Below, piece after piece: positions 11,220 through 23,318 of a DNA stretch of 64,000 nucleotides. Source of the DNA: an uncultured Methanobacteriaceae archaeon. Its GTDB lineage: Archaea; Methanobacteriota; Methanobacteria; Methanobacteriales; Methanobacteriaceae. The stretch covers positions 3,846 to 67,845 of the forward strand of contig CAWBHV010000017.1 of the NCBI GenBank assembly GCA_963788665.1, written 5' to 3'. The notes beneath the pieces were generated by a model that was not told the DNA's origin, ran no database searches, and saw only the letters and a list, made by a program, of their open reading frames with translations. Within the stretch, counting starts at the first letter, position 1, and each line of letters begins with the position of its first letter. The position numbers and the translations under genes were made by a program.

Positions 11220-11573
11220 TTAGCTTAACCTCAATATGGCTTCTGCCAGATCCCCCTCTGTTTCTGTTAATGTTTGAAGTGCCTTTTCTTTTGAAACGCC
11301 TGTTTGTGTTGATACTAGATCAATATCATCATCTGGTATCACCAGTTCGTTCTGAATTTTCTGTTCTGTGACTTTACCGGTTATCTGGAAAGTCTGCTGA
11401 CCCATGAAATCCATGAGGTTCACTTTGGGACTCTCGATGATTATTTCTTTATTTTTAAATTTTATGATAACTTCTGTCGCCCCCTTCACATCCTTTGTGT
11501 CCATCCCCATTTGTTTCATGGCTCTTTGCATCTGTTTTAATTGCTTAGGGTTCATTCCTGCACCTGGTAACAT
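11220..11573 (-). CDS. nac: Nascent polypeptide-associated complex protein
   Basis: MNPKQLKQMQRAMKQMGM...C-terminal UBA-like GDLAEAILRL. Confidence 0.95.
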   Translation of the reverse strand: MLPGAGMNPKQLKQMQRAMKQMGMDTKDVKGATEVIIKFKNKEIIIESPKVNLMDFMGQQTFQITGKVTEQKIQNELVIPDDDIDLVSTQTGVSKEKALQTLTETEGDLAEAILRLS

Positions 11574-13609
11574 TAAATTCCTCCTTTTCGTGTCTTCACA
11601 GCTTGTCCTGTGTTAAAATCCATTATTTCTCTACCGCATAAAATTGATTTTCCGAAGGCAAGTAGATCATCATTCTCATTAACGATCAATACCTCTTCAT
11701 TGGATCTTATATTGCTATCACAATCTATTACGAATTTAGCAAATATACTTTTTCCTTCTCTTGCAAATGGGTCAGCATCGCTATTAACCACAACCCTGTT
11801 TTTTGGATAATCCATATGGGCATGCAGTCTTCTTGCACCTTCCCTATCAAGGACAAATACACTGTCCGTGGCCCTTAAAGTTGCGATTAGTAGATCATCT
11901 TCGTAAACGCGTCCAATTTTACCAGTTTTTCGGCTTTTAACAATTTTAACATCCCCTGGAAATAGGGCTTTTCCAGAACCTTCACCAAACTGGTAATCGG
12001 CTATACAGTCAATTTTTTCCCGCTCATCTATTGTTATCTTTAAATTATCTAGTGAGTATTCCTCAAGGCTGTAAACTTGCGGTGCTTCGGATAGATCTAC
12101 CCGGTCCGAGTTCTATCTTGTACATATCAAACCTGTCAAGTATTTTGTTGCTCATTATCACATTGTCAAAATTTCCCATATAATTTTCAAGTTCTTCTCT
12201 TACGAACTTTTTCGCGTCTTCATCTGTGATTATTGGCGATTCATTCTGGGCCAGTGGATAGACTTCGTCTATTTCAAGCGGTATTACTGCAAATGGTACG
12301 TCAACAAAGGCTACTTGGAGGTCATCCCATATTTCATCTGTTTCTGATAGTATGTTTCCCTGTACGTGTTTCAGATAGAATTTACCCATATCATTTCTGA
12401 TATTTTGTGAGTATGGTTTTCTGCTTCTGGGCAGTAGTAAAAGATTCTTCTTATTGGGAAGTCTTCCAATCCTCGATAAGTGTCTGCTTATTTCGGCCCT
12501 TGAAAGAGATTCTGGTCCTGAATAAAAAAATGCTGAATTTTTTGATGCTGGATTGAATATTCTTCGATTGTATCGGTATATGCTTTGAGATGTCTTAAAG
12601 CATCTAGCAGGTATGGGTGCACCCGGCATCTCTGCTCTACAAGTTCCATTAAACTCCCGTCAAATATTGCTTGTTTTATCCTACGGATCTCGGCGAAAAC
12701 TTATGTAAAGGTTGTGGTGTGCGATCAGTTTCATCCGTTCTTTTTTCTCCATATCCCTCAGATCATCAGGTGTGTAGTTTGTACAGACAGGACAGGAACA
12801 TGGCATTTCAATCATATTTTTCAGTTTGTATGTTCCTGTTGGCATCATGAACCTGTCGTCTTGAGCATACAGTATATAAGCCGCCGAATCAAATAGATCA
12901 CAGCCCATAGCAACTGCCAGTGCAAATACCATGGGATGACCTGCCCCCATGAGATGTCTTGGTCGTGATTCAGGCAGATTTTTGACCGATGCCATGACAA
13001 CATCCACCAGTTCCGAGTATCTGTAAGATTCCATCAAAGGAACAACAGCACCAATAGGGTATACATCAAAACCCATGGCACCGATTGTTTCTGCACACTT
13101 TGATCGAAGGTCTGGGAACGTGGATCCCTGTACAACCGAGTTCATCATGAGTTCATCCCTGACCTCTAACGCTTCTATTGCTCTTTTAATAGTTACATCA
13201 AGGTCTTTCTCTGCTCTTTCACGTTTGACAAATGGCGGTGTAGGAATGTCGAGTGAAGTCCCTATATCTGTCCCTATTATTTCTTGAAACTCGATGATCT
13301 CCTGGTTGGTAACATCTATGTCTCCGTATACAGATAGTTGGAACGAACCAGAATCAGTTACAACGGGTCCTTGAAAATTTATGAAATCATGGATCCCCTC
13401 TTCCAGTACCTTATTTTTTAAATCTTCATTTTTATACATTATATACGCATTTGTTATGACAATTTCTGCCCCAAATTCTTCAACATCTATTGTCTGCTTA
13501 CCCGGATGTATTACCGGCATAAGTGCAGGGGTTTTAATTTTCCCATGGGGTGTTGTTAATATACCGATCCTGCCCATGTAAATTTCTTATATTTTATCTC
13601 GAAGTTCAA
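11573..13609 (-). CDS. tgtA: Archaeosine tRNA-guanine(15) transglycosylase with PUA domain; several indels
   Basis: TPALMPV, TDSGSFQL, HLMGAGHP, DLFDSAAY, CSCPVC zinc site, C-terminal PUA domain (AVKTRKG); split into at least 3 ORFs. Confidence 0.93.
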
Positions 13610-13913
13610 AGGTTATCACCATCATAAGAGTTAATTAATATTTTATAATTTTATAACCATATCACAGGCCTGTTTTATTATGTCATCAGGATAAAACTGT
13701 AATCTGGTACGTAGTTTTTTGTATCATCGATGAACAATGGATATCAGAGTTCACGAAGTTTTAATTTTTTTTATTATTTTAGAGCATAATATTAATCTAT
13801 ATTTTTATTTATTTCATTTAATGGATTTATTAGGCATATGTAAACTTATCTGTTACTGATATTATATCTATTATTTTGTTTGGTTACCATGTTAAAATTA
13901 GTATCATGAATTT

Positions 13914-15153
13914 TCACTCATTTTTCACCAGTTCATCCAGCCTTTTTTCCATTTCGATGATACGTTCGTTCGAAAATTTAAGGTATTCACATCCCCTGCC
14001 ACATATACACTCTGTATACTGGGGGCATACGAGATATTTGGTCTTTTCAGATGTTAATTCCTCAAAACCCAAACGTCCGATATCTTTGAGTACCCTTCGT
14101 TTTAATCTGCCATCGGCAGCATCATTACAGAGATAAATAGGGCTCTTGACTGTTGATGCAAATTTATATTGGGCTCTGGCTATTGCTCGTTCAGCTTTGC
14201 GTCTCTCAACTATCTCTTCAAAGCTAGCGTTTAAATCAGGATCTTTTAATGGTACGCCTGCATCTGTTAATGCTATCATACGTTCATCCTTTTTAGATAA
14301 TGATTTTACTATGTTGGACGCACTTAAAGATGCCAATGTTCCACCGCTCCGGTTAAAACTCGGCCCCTCACCAACATAAAATCCTAGAACAACAAGGGCG
14401 CTGCGAACAGCCGATGCTGCGGTGTAGGTTAAAAACATCCCATCATGGTTTAACAAACCTTTGATCCCACTCAGCAATTCCAATGTGAACAGTTCAGGAG
14501 ATTTACTGGGGGAAAATGGCGCTAGAAACACGGCATTGTATTTTCCGTTTACGGTGTCTAAATTTTTATTCCGAACAAATTCTCTTGCATCGTTAATATG
14601 GACGTTTATATGGATATTGTCCGGAATTTCACACGACATCTGTCTATGATTCAAAAAACCATCAGAATATAGCTGGTCTTCTATGGCTTTTTTAACTATT
14701 TGATGTGATCTGATGGGGCTCTGGTATGATCAGACTGGTTGCGAGGGTTAACTGAGAAATTTCAACCATATCAATAGTGATATCTGGTTTTTTTCCGGAT
14801 GATGGTAATTCATTGTTTAAATATTCAATACATACAGCAGCAGTATATCCGAGTCCACTGCAAATATCGAGCACACGAACATTGTCCTTCCCTGCGAGTT
14901 TAGATGGTTTAACATATTTTTCAAGAGACTCGTCAACACCACCATGATAGGTATGCATTGTTTCACCATTCTGACCCTCGGATTTGAGTGTGTAAGACCC
15001 GTCATCTGTTTTTATTAAATACTCATTGAGTTTCTTAAATGCAATATTTCTTGCATCCAAGTTTCCATTTCCCTCATCCACAAAACATTGCTCAACAATT
15101 TTCAGAACATTTTCCTGGACCTTTATAGGTTTATAAATATCAGATTTTTTCAT
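13914..15153 (-). CDS. MnmC-like SAM-dependent (tRNA) methyltransferase; indel near 14710
   Basis: TDDGSYTL, LDICSGLGY (SAM motif I), PFSPSKSPEL, TYTAASAVRSAL. Confidence 0.8.
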
Positions 15154-15365
15154 TTTGATCCTTTTTTTAATAATATAAGTTGTTTAAAATAGTTTTATAA
15201 ATATAATAAAAAAAATAAATTTTTTATATTTTTTTAAGACGTAATTCATAACATTGGTACATGAGATAATCAGTATGTTAATAGTATTAATATAGTATAC
15301 TCGTCTATTGATTATAATGTTTGGATCATTTTATCATTATAAGACATTGATGGGAGGCAAAAATT

Positions 15366-15947
15366 ATGGTTAAAATTATTGGAATAGTAGGAAGTCCAAG
15401 AACCGGTGGAAATACTGAATATTTGGTTAAAACGGCCTTAAAATCAGCAGAAGAAACAGGAGCAGATACCGAACTGATAAACCTAGCAACAGCAGATATT
15501 GAACCGTGTGTTGCATGTGACATATGTAAAGCCACGGGTGAATGTGCTATATACGATGATATCCGTGGTATAACTGAAAAACTGATAGAATCAGACGGCA
15601 TGATCATAGGGAGTCCGGTTTATTTTGGCAGTGTAACAGCCCAACTTAAGATGTTAATTGACAGGTCAAGACCTTTAAGAGGATCCTTCAAACTCAGAGA
15701 CAAAGTTGGGGGTGCTTTAGCTGTTGGGGGGTCACATAATGGTGGCCAGGAAAGTACAATATCTGTTATACACGATTTTTTACTCATACAAGATGCGATA
15801 GTTGTTGGTGATGGGGCACCCAAAGCACACTACGGTGGAACAGGAGTGGGGGGTGCTAAGGAAGATACTCAAAATGATGATGTGGGTATTGAAACGTCCA
15901 AAAATCTTGGAAAACGTGTTGCTGAACTTGCTTTGAGGTTAAAATAA
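15366..15947 (+). CDS. Iron-sulfur flavoprotein (flavodoxin-like, Isf family)
   Basis: GSPRTGGNT, CxxCxxCx5[17 protein letters not shown]. Confidence 0.9.
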   Translation: MVKIIGIVGSPRTGGNTEYLVKTALKSAEETGADTELINLATADIEPCVACDICKATGECAIYDDIRGITEKLIESDGMIIGSPVYFGSVTAQLKMLIDRSRPLRGSFKLRDKVGGALAVGGSHNGGQESTISVIHDFLLIQDAIVVGDGAPKAHYGGTGVGGAKEDTQNDDVGIETSKNLGKRVAELALRLK

Positions 15948-16130
15948 TCAAAGTCGGGTTCAATAAAATTATTTCATCCCGACATAATACCCTATGGTAC
16001 TAAAAAATTAATAAAACCAGATCACATAACTTGATGTATCGCATTTAAATCGATTTGATTAAATAACGTATCGATAATAACAGTTTCCAATGGGTTGATA
16101 ATTTTTTTGTTTAATAACTGAGAGGTTTCA

Positions 16131-16805
16131 ATGAAAACATTTGTTGTTCTACCAGCCTACAACGAGGAAAAAACTATATCCAAGGTATTGGAAGATGTCC
16201 TAGATTTGGGTTTTGATATTATTGTAGTAGACGATGGTTCTGTTGATGGTACATACCAGGTAGCCACCGACATAATCCAAAAAAGAAAACGTGGATCTAT
16301 AGTAAAACACCTGATAAATAGAGGTTTAGGTGCTGCTATAAGAACCGGAATTGAAGCAGCTCTTAATGAGGGTGCCGATATAATTGTGACCTTCGATGCC
16401 GATGGTCAGCACGATCCCGAAGATATATACAACGTAACCAGGCCCATAATCAAGGGTGATGCAGACATTGTGGTTGGTAAAAGAAATTTTAACGAGATGC
16501 CTGGTTCTAAAAAATTCGGTAACACCACCATGAACCTGATAACCCTGATATTTTACGGTATAAAGGTTAATGATTCACAGTCGGGTCTAAGGGCGTTTAA
16601 CCGAAAGGCAGCGGAGACTATTACCATAAATGCCAGGGATTATGGTGTATCATCCGAGATTGTTGGCGAAGTGAAACGCCACGGACTCAGATTAATCGAA
16701 GTACCAATAAAAACCATTTACACGGACTATTCTATGACCAAGGGAACCAACCTTAAAGTCGGCATTAAAATTCTTATTAAACTTATAATGAACATTTTAA
16801 AGTAA
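16131..16805 (+). CDS. GT2 glycosyltransferase (dolichol/polyprenol-phosphate sugar synthase-like)
   Basis: [34 protein letters not shown]. Confidence 0.9.
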   Translation: MKTFVVLPAYNEEKTISKVLEDVLDLGFDIIVVDDGSVDGTYQVATDIIQKRKRGSIVKHLINRGLGAAIRTGIEAALNEGADIIVTFDADGQHDPEDIYNVTRPIIKGDADIVVGKRNFNEMPGSKKFGNTTMNLITLIFYGIKVNDSQSGLRAFNRKAAETITINARDYGVSSEIVGEVKRHGLRLIEVPIKTIYTDYSMTKGTNLKVGIKILIKLIMNILK

Positions 16806-16922
16806 AAGAAATTTGTTTAATTGGAATACATTTTTTTTATGATTTTTATAAAATAGTTACTGTTATCTATTAAAAGAAATTAATTCATTTAACATACAAA
16901 GTAAAAGGATGTAAAAAAAATC

Positions 16923-17315
16923 ATGATAATGCTCTACCAAATAATTGCAACTCTCTTCGGAATTATCGCCATCTTATTAAGTATTTTAAGATTTAGAGAT
17001 GGTAAAATGTCCATTGGTATGTTATTTCTTTGGATATTGATCTGGTTGCTGGTAATATTCATAGCCTTCGACCCCCAATCAACTTCTGAACTCGCATCAC
17101 TCACAGGAATAGGCAGGGGATTAGATTTAGTACTCATACTAGGGCTCTTACTCAGTTTTTATCTGATCTTCAGGATGTATAACAAAATAGAAAATATCGA
17201 AGAAGAATTAACAAATTTAACAAGGGAAATAGCAATTTCAAATGCTAAAAAAGCCGAAGAAGAAATTAAAAACGATAATAAGAGAGTGCAGTCGAACAAT
17301 CAATTTAACCGTTAA
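16923..17315 (+). CDS. DUF2304 membrane protein
   Basis: GIGRGLD motif, three TM helices, C-terminal coiled coil LTREIA; follows a DPM-like GT2. Confidence 0.82.
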   Translation: MIMLYQIIATLFGIIAILLSILRFRDGKMSIGMLFLWILIWLLVIFIAFDPQSTSELASLTGIGRGLDLVLILGLLLSFYLIFRMYNKIENIEEELTNLTREIAISNAKKAEEEIKNDNKRVQSNNQFNR

Positions 17316-17431
17316 ATTTTTTACCGATAATGGTTTGTCCAATTTATGCGGATCAACCTAGTTTACAAAACCTGCTGCTCCATCAACTAAAAAAAAAGAC
17401 CATAGTCAGAATTAATATTTCTGGAAAAAAA

Positions 17432-18628
17432 TCATTTATACAGTTTTACCGCACTGTAAAGGTGTTCTTGTAATCTTTTTCCAGATTCTTCCAGTGTCCA
17501 TTTGTTGTTCACCACTTTAATCCCATTTTCTCCCAGATTCTTGGCAAGTTCTGGGTTTATCAGCAGTTTAGTAACTTCGTTTGCAAATAGTTGCTCATTT
17601 CTCTCGGTTAGAACTCCTGTTTTCCCATCGATAACTGTTTCCATGACACCGCCATCCTTTACCCCAACCACCGGTGTTCCACAACTCATTGACTCGAGTG
17701 GAACCAGTCCGAAAGGTTCGTTGTAAGGGGCGTAAACAACCATTTTTGCCTGGTTGTACAGTGAAACCAATTTTTCATCGCTTATTAAGTGGAGTATTTC
17801 GAGTTTTACATCTAGTTCGTCTGCTAACTTCAAGAGATAATTTTTCCAGTGAATATTTCCTTGATCGGTTATCAGCACAAAATCTGGACGGATATCCCTT
17901 TTGACCAATGCTAAAGATTTCAATATAAATTCATATCCCTTCTCTGGTATGCACTGACCAACAGATAGCACGAAATTTTCTTTTACACATGGTTGGGGTT
18001 TGAATAGATTATTATCCACCCCTAAATATGATATATGTGAATTCATACGATAAATTTTTGATATCAGTTCCTTGGTAAATTTAGAATTGGTTACCATATA
18101 TTTAGAGTAACCTGCATATTTTTTATCAAATGCGATCATTTTACTGGTATACAATTTTAAATAAAGGACCAGAACAATGTTTTTGTATTCGAGTCCTGCA
18201 TTGTTGTAGAGTTTTTTTGATATGTTGTAGCGAAAATGTGATGGTTGCTGACAGTAGTAAACCGTTGGTTTTTTGATGTACTCCAAAAAAAATGGTGCCA
18301 TCGTGAATTTATCCTGTTCACAAAGTACAACGTCATAATCTCCATTATTTATATCATCTGCAATCATTTTCTGGACTTTCTGGAGGTTGATTAATGATAT
18401 TTTGGTTGGATAGTATTTAACAGCAGAATATAAAAATCCGGCTATGTTGTTGTTTACTGGATATGTTTTTAGATCGTTTACAATGTCCTTTAATGGTAAA
18501 TAATCTTCATTTGCTGTTGATGGAACGTACACATCAACTTCATGATCCTTGGTTAGGTAATTAACATTTCCGTACAGTGCTCTTTTAGCACCACCCGAGG
18601 TCAGGTTATGGAAAACTGCTATCTTCAT
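17432..18628 (-). CDS. GT4 (GT-B) glycosyltransferase
   Basis: SGGAKR, EPFGLVPLESMSCGTPVV. Confidence 0.9.
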   Translation of the reverse strand: MKIAVFHNLTSGGAKRALYGNVNYLTKDHEVDVYVPSTANEDYLPLKDIVNDLKTYPVNNNIAGFLYSAVKYYPTKISLINLQKVQKMIADDINNGDYDVVLCEQDKFTMAPFFLEYIKKPTVYYCQQPSHFRYNISKKLYNNAGLEYKNIVLVLYLKLYTSKMIAFDKKYAGYSKYMVTNSKFTKELISKIYRMNSHISYLGVDNNLFKPQPCVKENFVLSVGQCIPEKGYEFILKSLALVKRDIRPDFVLITDQGNIHWKNYLLKLADELDVKLEILHLISDEKLVSLYNQAKMVVYAPYNEPFGLVPLESMSCGTPVVGVKDGGVMETVIDGKTGVLTERNEQLFANEVTKLLINPELAKNLGENGIKVVNNKWTLEESGKRLQEHLYSAVKLYK

Positions 18629-18993
18629 TGAATTGTACCGTCCATTGTTCTATAAATCTAATTTAAATTGTTTATGAATTTTTTTTATCGTTGTAAAATT
18701 TCTATAAAACTTAGATGTAACTATTCATTGATTTAATCTTTTATGTCAAACAAAAAAAAATTTTATTTCACATTACAATTTTGTGTCACATCATAATATT
18801 ATTAATAATAAGTTATTTAACACCAAGAGTTTTAAGTTATTTTAAGGGTTGATGTAAACTACAATTTAACATGAAACTTTAATAAAGTTGCAGTGCTATC
18901 AAAGTTATTCATATCCATCTGATTTTTTCGGTTGGAAAATTTTTTTGTTGATCAGTAATTTAATTAATATTAGCGAACACCATGGAGCATATC

Positions 18994-20436
18994 ATGAGTA
19001 CAACACGAAGAATAGCTAAAAATACCAGTATATTGTCTATTTCTCAGATAATAAGTTATATTCTGATATTTTTTTATACAATATATATTGCAAGGTTCCT
19101 TGGTGCTGAAGGCTTTGGTACCTTATGTTTTGCATTAGCATTTTCTGGAATTTTGTCAATATTTGCAGACCTTGGCCTGAACATTTTAATAGTACGAGAA
19201 GTTGCAAGAGAATCTATCCTTAACCAATAAATATCTTGGAAACGGACTCTTAATCAAAATTTTGCTGGCATTTTTATCCTTCGGTTTGATCGTGCTGATC
19301 ATTAACATCTACCATCACTATTCCTATGAAACTGTTTTGGTGGTTTATTTTGTTTCAATGTCTGCAATTTTGACCTCTGTATTCGGTATTTTTTTCTCTA
19401 TTTTTCAAGCACACGAAAAAATGGAATATCAATCGTTGAGTCAGATTTTTAACAATGTTCTGATGTTTTCGGGTGTTATTCTTGCGATAAAGTTGAATTA
19501 TGATGTGGTTGGTTTTTCGGAAATATTTTTCATAACAAGTTTAATTACCCTGATCTTCGCACTGTTGGTTTATACTTGGAAATTTGGATACCCTAAAATT
19601 GAAATTGATTTCGGCTTCTGGAAGTCCACAATGAGGGAAGCAATTCCATATGGATTATCCGGAATTTTTGTCATGATCTACTACTGGATAGATTCTATAA
19701 TGCTCTCTGCCATGGTTGGAAATGAAGTGGTGGGATATTACAATGCAGCATACAGGATTATCGCTATTTTCCTGTCATTTCACACGTTGTTCATATTATC
19801 CATCTTTCCGGTGATGGCAAGCACTATAAATCTTCGAGTAATGTCTTAAAATTTGCTTTTGAACGATCATTTAAATATTTATTGATCATAAGTTTACCAA
19901 TAGCATTATTTACAACACTGTTAGCAAATAAAATTATACTATTAATCTTCGGCCACACTTATCTCCCGGACGCCGCGATCGCACTTCAAATCCTGATCTG
20001 GACCATAATTTTCATGTTCCTCAATGGACTTGCGGGTAACTTATTGGGTTCGGTGAACAAACAACCAGTTGTCACGGCGATCACATGTTTCGGTGCTGTT
20101 TTTAATATATCACTCAATCTCTACCTGATACCTAAAATCAGTTATATCGGTGCCAGTTATGCGACATTACTTACAGAATTCATATTGATGCCAATTTTGA
20201 TATATGTTATCTGGAAAAATCAATACACCGATATACGCCCACTGGTAAAGGACTTGCCTAAAATAATCATTTCAACCCTTATCATGGGGATCGTTGTTTT
20301 TTACCTGAACAGTTTAAATTTGTTTTTACTGATATTGGTAGCAGCCATAGTATATCTCGGGACACTGTACCTCACAAAGATATTGGATAAAGATGATAGG
20401 TTAATCCTACAGAGTATCGTTAAAAAAGTATCATGA
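18994..20436 (+). CDS. Wzx-type polysaccharide flippase; two indels
   Basis: RRIAKNT...ARFLGAEGFG, DLGL, IDSIML, VGYYNAAY; three consecutive ORF pieces. Confidence 0.9.
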
Positions 20437-20509
20437 ACAGCATATAATCGTTATAAAAACATAAGTCACATTCAAATTAATCAGAAAAACCCTAAGAGGA
20501 ACTAGAAGC

Positions 20510-21650
20510 ATGAAAATAGGATTACTTTCATGGATATTGGACAGGCAAAGAACGGGTATAGACACCTATCTCTATAATATTGTTATGGAGATGATTAACC
20601 AGGGCCATGCAGATAAAATATCCCTCATCCACTACAAAAAGTCCGATGATATTATTTACTCGATGGTAAACGATGTGATCGTCGATACTATCCATTTTAA
20701 TCCGATCGTTCCAATCGTTAATCCAGTCAAATTATCTAATGCTGTTAAAGAAACAGGAATAGATATTCTTCATTTACCTTCGGCATATGGTCCTTCAGAT
20801 CAATCCATATTTGATTAATAAGGATGTAAAAAAGATTTTAACCGTACATGATCTTATCCCAATAATATTCAGCAAAAATCTGCCATTGTTGTACAAACTC
20901 TGGGGACCATCACTGAAACTCATAAAGAACAGGACGGATCATATAATAACCGATTCTAAAAATTCCAAAAATGATTGTATCAAATATTTAGGTATTCCAG
21001 AAGATAAAATTGATGTGATATACCTGGGACCAGATAAACGGTTCAGACCATTAAAAAATAAAGATACCATAAGGGAATATTTGAAAAATAAGTACGACAT
21101 AGACATGCCATTTATTTTATATGTGGGCACAGTTGAGCTTAGAAAGAATATTCAGTTGTTGATCAAATCATTTTATAAACTGTTAAATAAAGGACTAAAA
21201 ATTAAACTGGTATTAATAGGTAACCTTGGACATGGATTCAAGGAGATATCAGAAACCATTAATGATCTGGGCATCTCTAAGGAAGTCATATTCTTAGGGT
21301 ACGTGCCCATGGACGATCTGATAAAGTTTTACAATGCAACCGAACTTTTTGTTTTTCCTTCATTCTACGAGGGTTTTGGACTACCCCCACTGGAAGCTAT
21401 GGCATGTGGATGTCCAGTTATTACATCAAACACATCTTCACTTCCAGAAGTTGTAGGTGATGCCGGAATAATGGTTGATCCGTATGATATTGAAGATTTA
21501 TCCGATAAAATGTACCAGATAATGACAGATGAGGGTTTTAGGGAATATTTGGGCGATGAATGTTACAACCGTTCAAAAAAGTTTAGCTGGGATGAAACTG
21601 CCAGGGAAACATGGAAAATCTATGAAACAGTCTTAAATAGGTCTCAATAA
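20510..21650 (+). CDS. GT4 glycosyltransferase (mannosyltransferase-like); indel near 20790
   Basis: [36 protein letters not shown]. Confidence 0.9.
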
Positions 21651-21806
21651 AAAAAACAGAAGACCATTAGTTTTGGAAATGTTAAACAAACCCACAATTA
21701 AAAGATAAATTCGCTAATTTTTTGTAACCATTTAAAAAAAAGTTCGGTAAAGGCATCCTTGTTATCGTTAGGTGCCGATAGTATTGGTTTGAAGAAATAT
21801 AGATGT

Positions 21807-23240
21807 TCAGTAACTTCTAAATTTTTTTATCAGTCCTCTGAATCCTAGTTCTGGATAGATATTTATTGCCATTCTCATTAGTTTAAATGGTTTTTTCATG
21901 TTTTTCCAGCTCTTGTTAGGTATCCAATAGATAAATTCTCGATAAAAATTAAATTCTTTTATATATGGATATAACCTGGGAATATCTCTTAATCCCAGTG
22001 TAGTATCATTTGTTTTAAGTATTGCCAATATATAGGCTTTTTTACGGTCGGCTACACTGAACTGTGATGTTTCAGCACATGGTTCTTCGCACATGAAGTC
22101 GCCATCAACGTAGGATGAGTGGTTCACCAGGTCAAATACTGTCCCATTTTCATCGTACCATTCCCTGATTTTAGTTCCTTTAAACGGTGTTATCATATTC
22201 CAGTAGATATGGTCCGGTTTTATTTTTCGTGCAAAATCAATGGATGCTTGGATTTTTTCGAAATTATCTCCTTCAAGCCCTATAACAAAACATAGAGATA
22301 ATGGTATTTTATGTTTTTTAATGAGTACTGATGCTTTTTCTATTTCATCAAGGGTTTCGCCTTTGTTGATTTTATTGAAAACTTCTGGATCTCCTGACTC
22401 GACCCCTATACCTATCGAAGGGCACTTAGCTTTTTTTAGGAGGGTGATCATATCATCGTCTAAACTGTCTGCACGTGTGTTGATCACCGTTATTGGCAGG
22501 TTAATTTTATTTTCTAGATATAATCTGAGAAATTTTTTTATATGGGTTTTCCTGAACATTGGATTGTCGTCATAGATGATAACAGAGTCAAGATTTTTCA
22601 GGTTTTTCTTGGCCTGAATTAATTCCTTAATACATTCTTCTGGCAGTCTTGGTCTCCATTTCCTAGTTGAAACAAACCGAACCGCACAAAAGCTGCAGTT
22701 ATATGGACATCCCCTGCTGGTTAAGAGAGGATACATGAAAATATTTTCAAATCCTACAAATTTAGTAAAATCAGGGTAGGGTAGATCTTTGGGATCAGGT
22801 CGTTCTGATCGCACTATCTGACCGGTTTCTTGAATTTCGGCATTTCCAACAAGTTCTTCGATTATTGTTTCAGCTTCCCCTACAACAACGTAATCAGCCT
22901 TATCTACCAGTTCATCGTAGTACAGGGTTGCATGCGGACCTCCGACTATTATGGGGATGTTAAAACCAGAAACTAGATCAATTATTTTATCCGCTTCTTT
23001 CATGGTGGCGGTGTAGAGAGTTATTCCAATTACATCTGGTTTAAATTTTTTAATATAAGTTTCAGGAGAAAGTAGATCTGGTTTAAATTGATAATCTACC
23101 ACTGAAACATCGTTTCCTGATTTTGTTAGAACCCCTGCCAACATTGCAAGACCTAAATGGGGTGAATTACTCTCACATTTTTCCCTTTTTGTATTGAAAA
23201 AGAGGATTTTCTTATTATTTCTAGCCATTTTCATACCCAA
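21807..23240 (-). CDS. Cobalamin-binding radical SAM protein (class B methylase-like)
   Basis: HLGLAMLAG, VGGPHAT, VVGEAE, SRGCPYNCSFC, GVESG, PFKGT. Confidence 0.9.
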   Translation of the reverse strand: MGMKMARNNKKILFFNTKREKCESNSPHLGLAMLAGVLTKSGNDVSVVDYQFKPDLLSPETYIKKFKPDVIGITLYTATMKEADKIIDLVSGFNIPIIVGGPHATLYYDELVDKADYVVVGEAETIIEELVGNAEIQETGQIVRSERPDPKDLPYPDFTKFVGFENIFMYPLLTSRGCPYNCSFCAVRFVSTRKWRPRLPEECIKELIQAKKNLKNLDSVIIYDDNPMFRKTHIKKFLRLYLENKINLPITVINTRADSLDDDMITLLKKAKCPSIGIGVESGDPEVFNKINKGETLDEIEKASVLIKKHKIPLSLCFVIGLEGDNFEKIQASIDFARKIKPDHIYWNMITPFKGTKIREWYDENGTVFDLVNHSSYVDGDFMCEEPCAETSQFSVADRKKAYILAILKTNDTTLGLRDIPRLYPYIKEFNFYREFIYWIPNKSWKNMKKPFKLMRMAINIYPELGFRGLIKKFRSY

Positions 23241-23318
23241 ATTTTTGATAAATCTTAATTTCTTAACTTTAATAATGTTGTTATAAATTTAATTAATTAT
23301 ACTATCAGTATAACATTA

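Noticed and set aside
11573-13609. Naturally split tgtA or programmed frameshifting
   Set aside because: Breaks fall mid-domain and similar indels affect many unrelated genes, which points to assembly error
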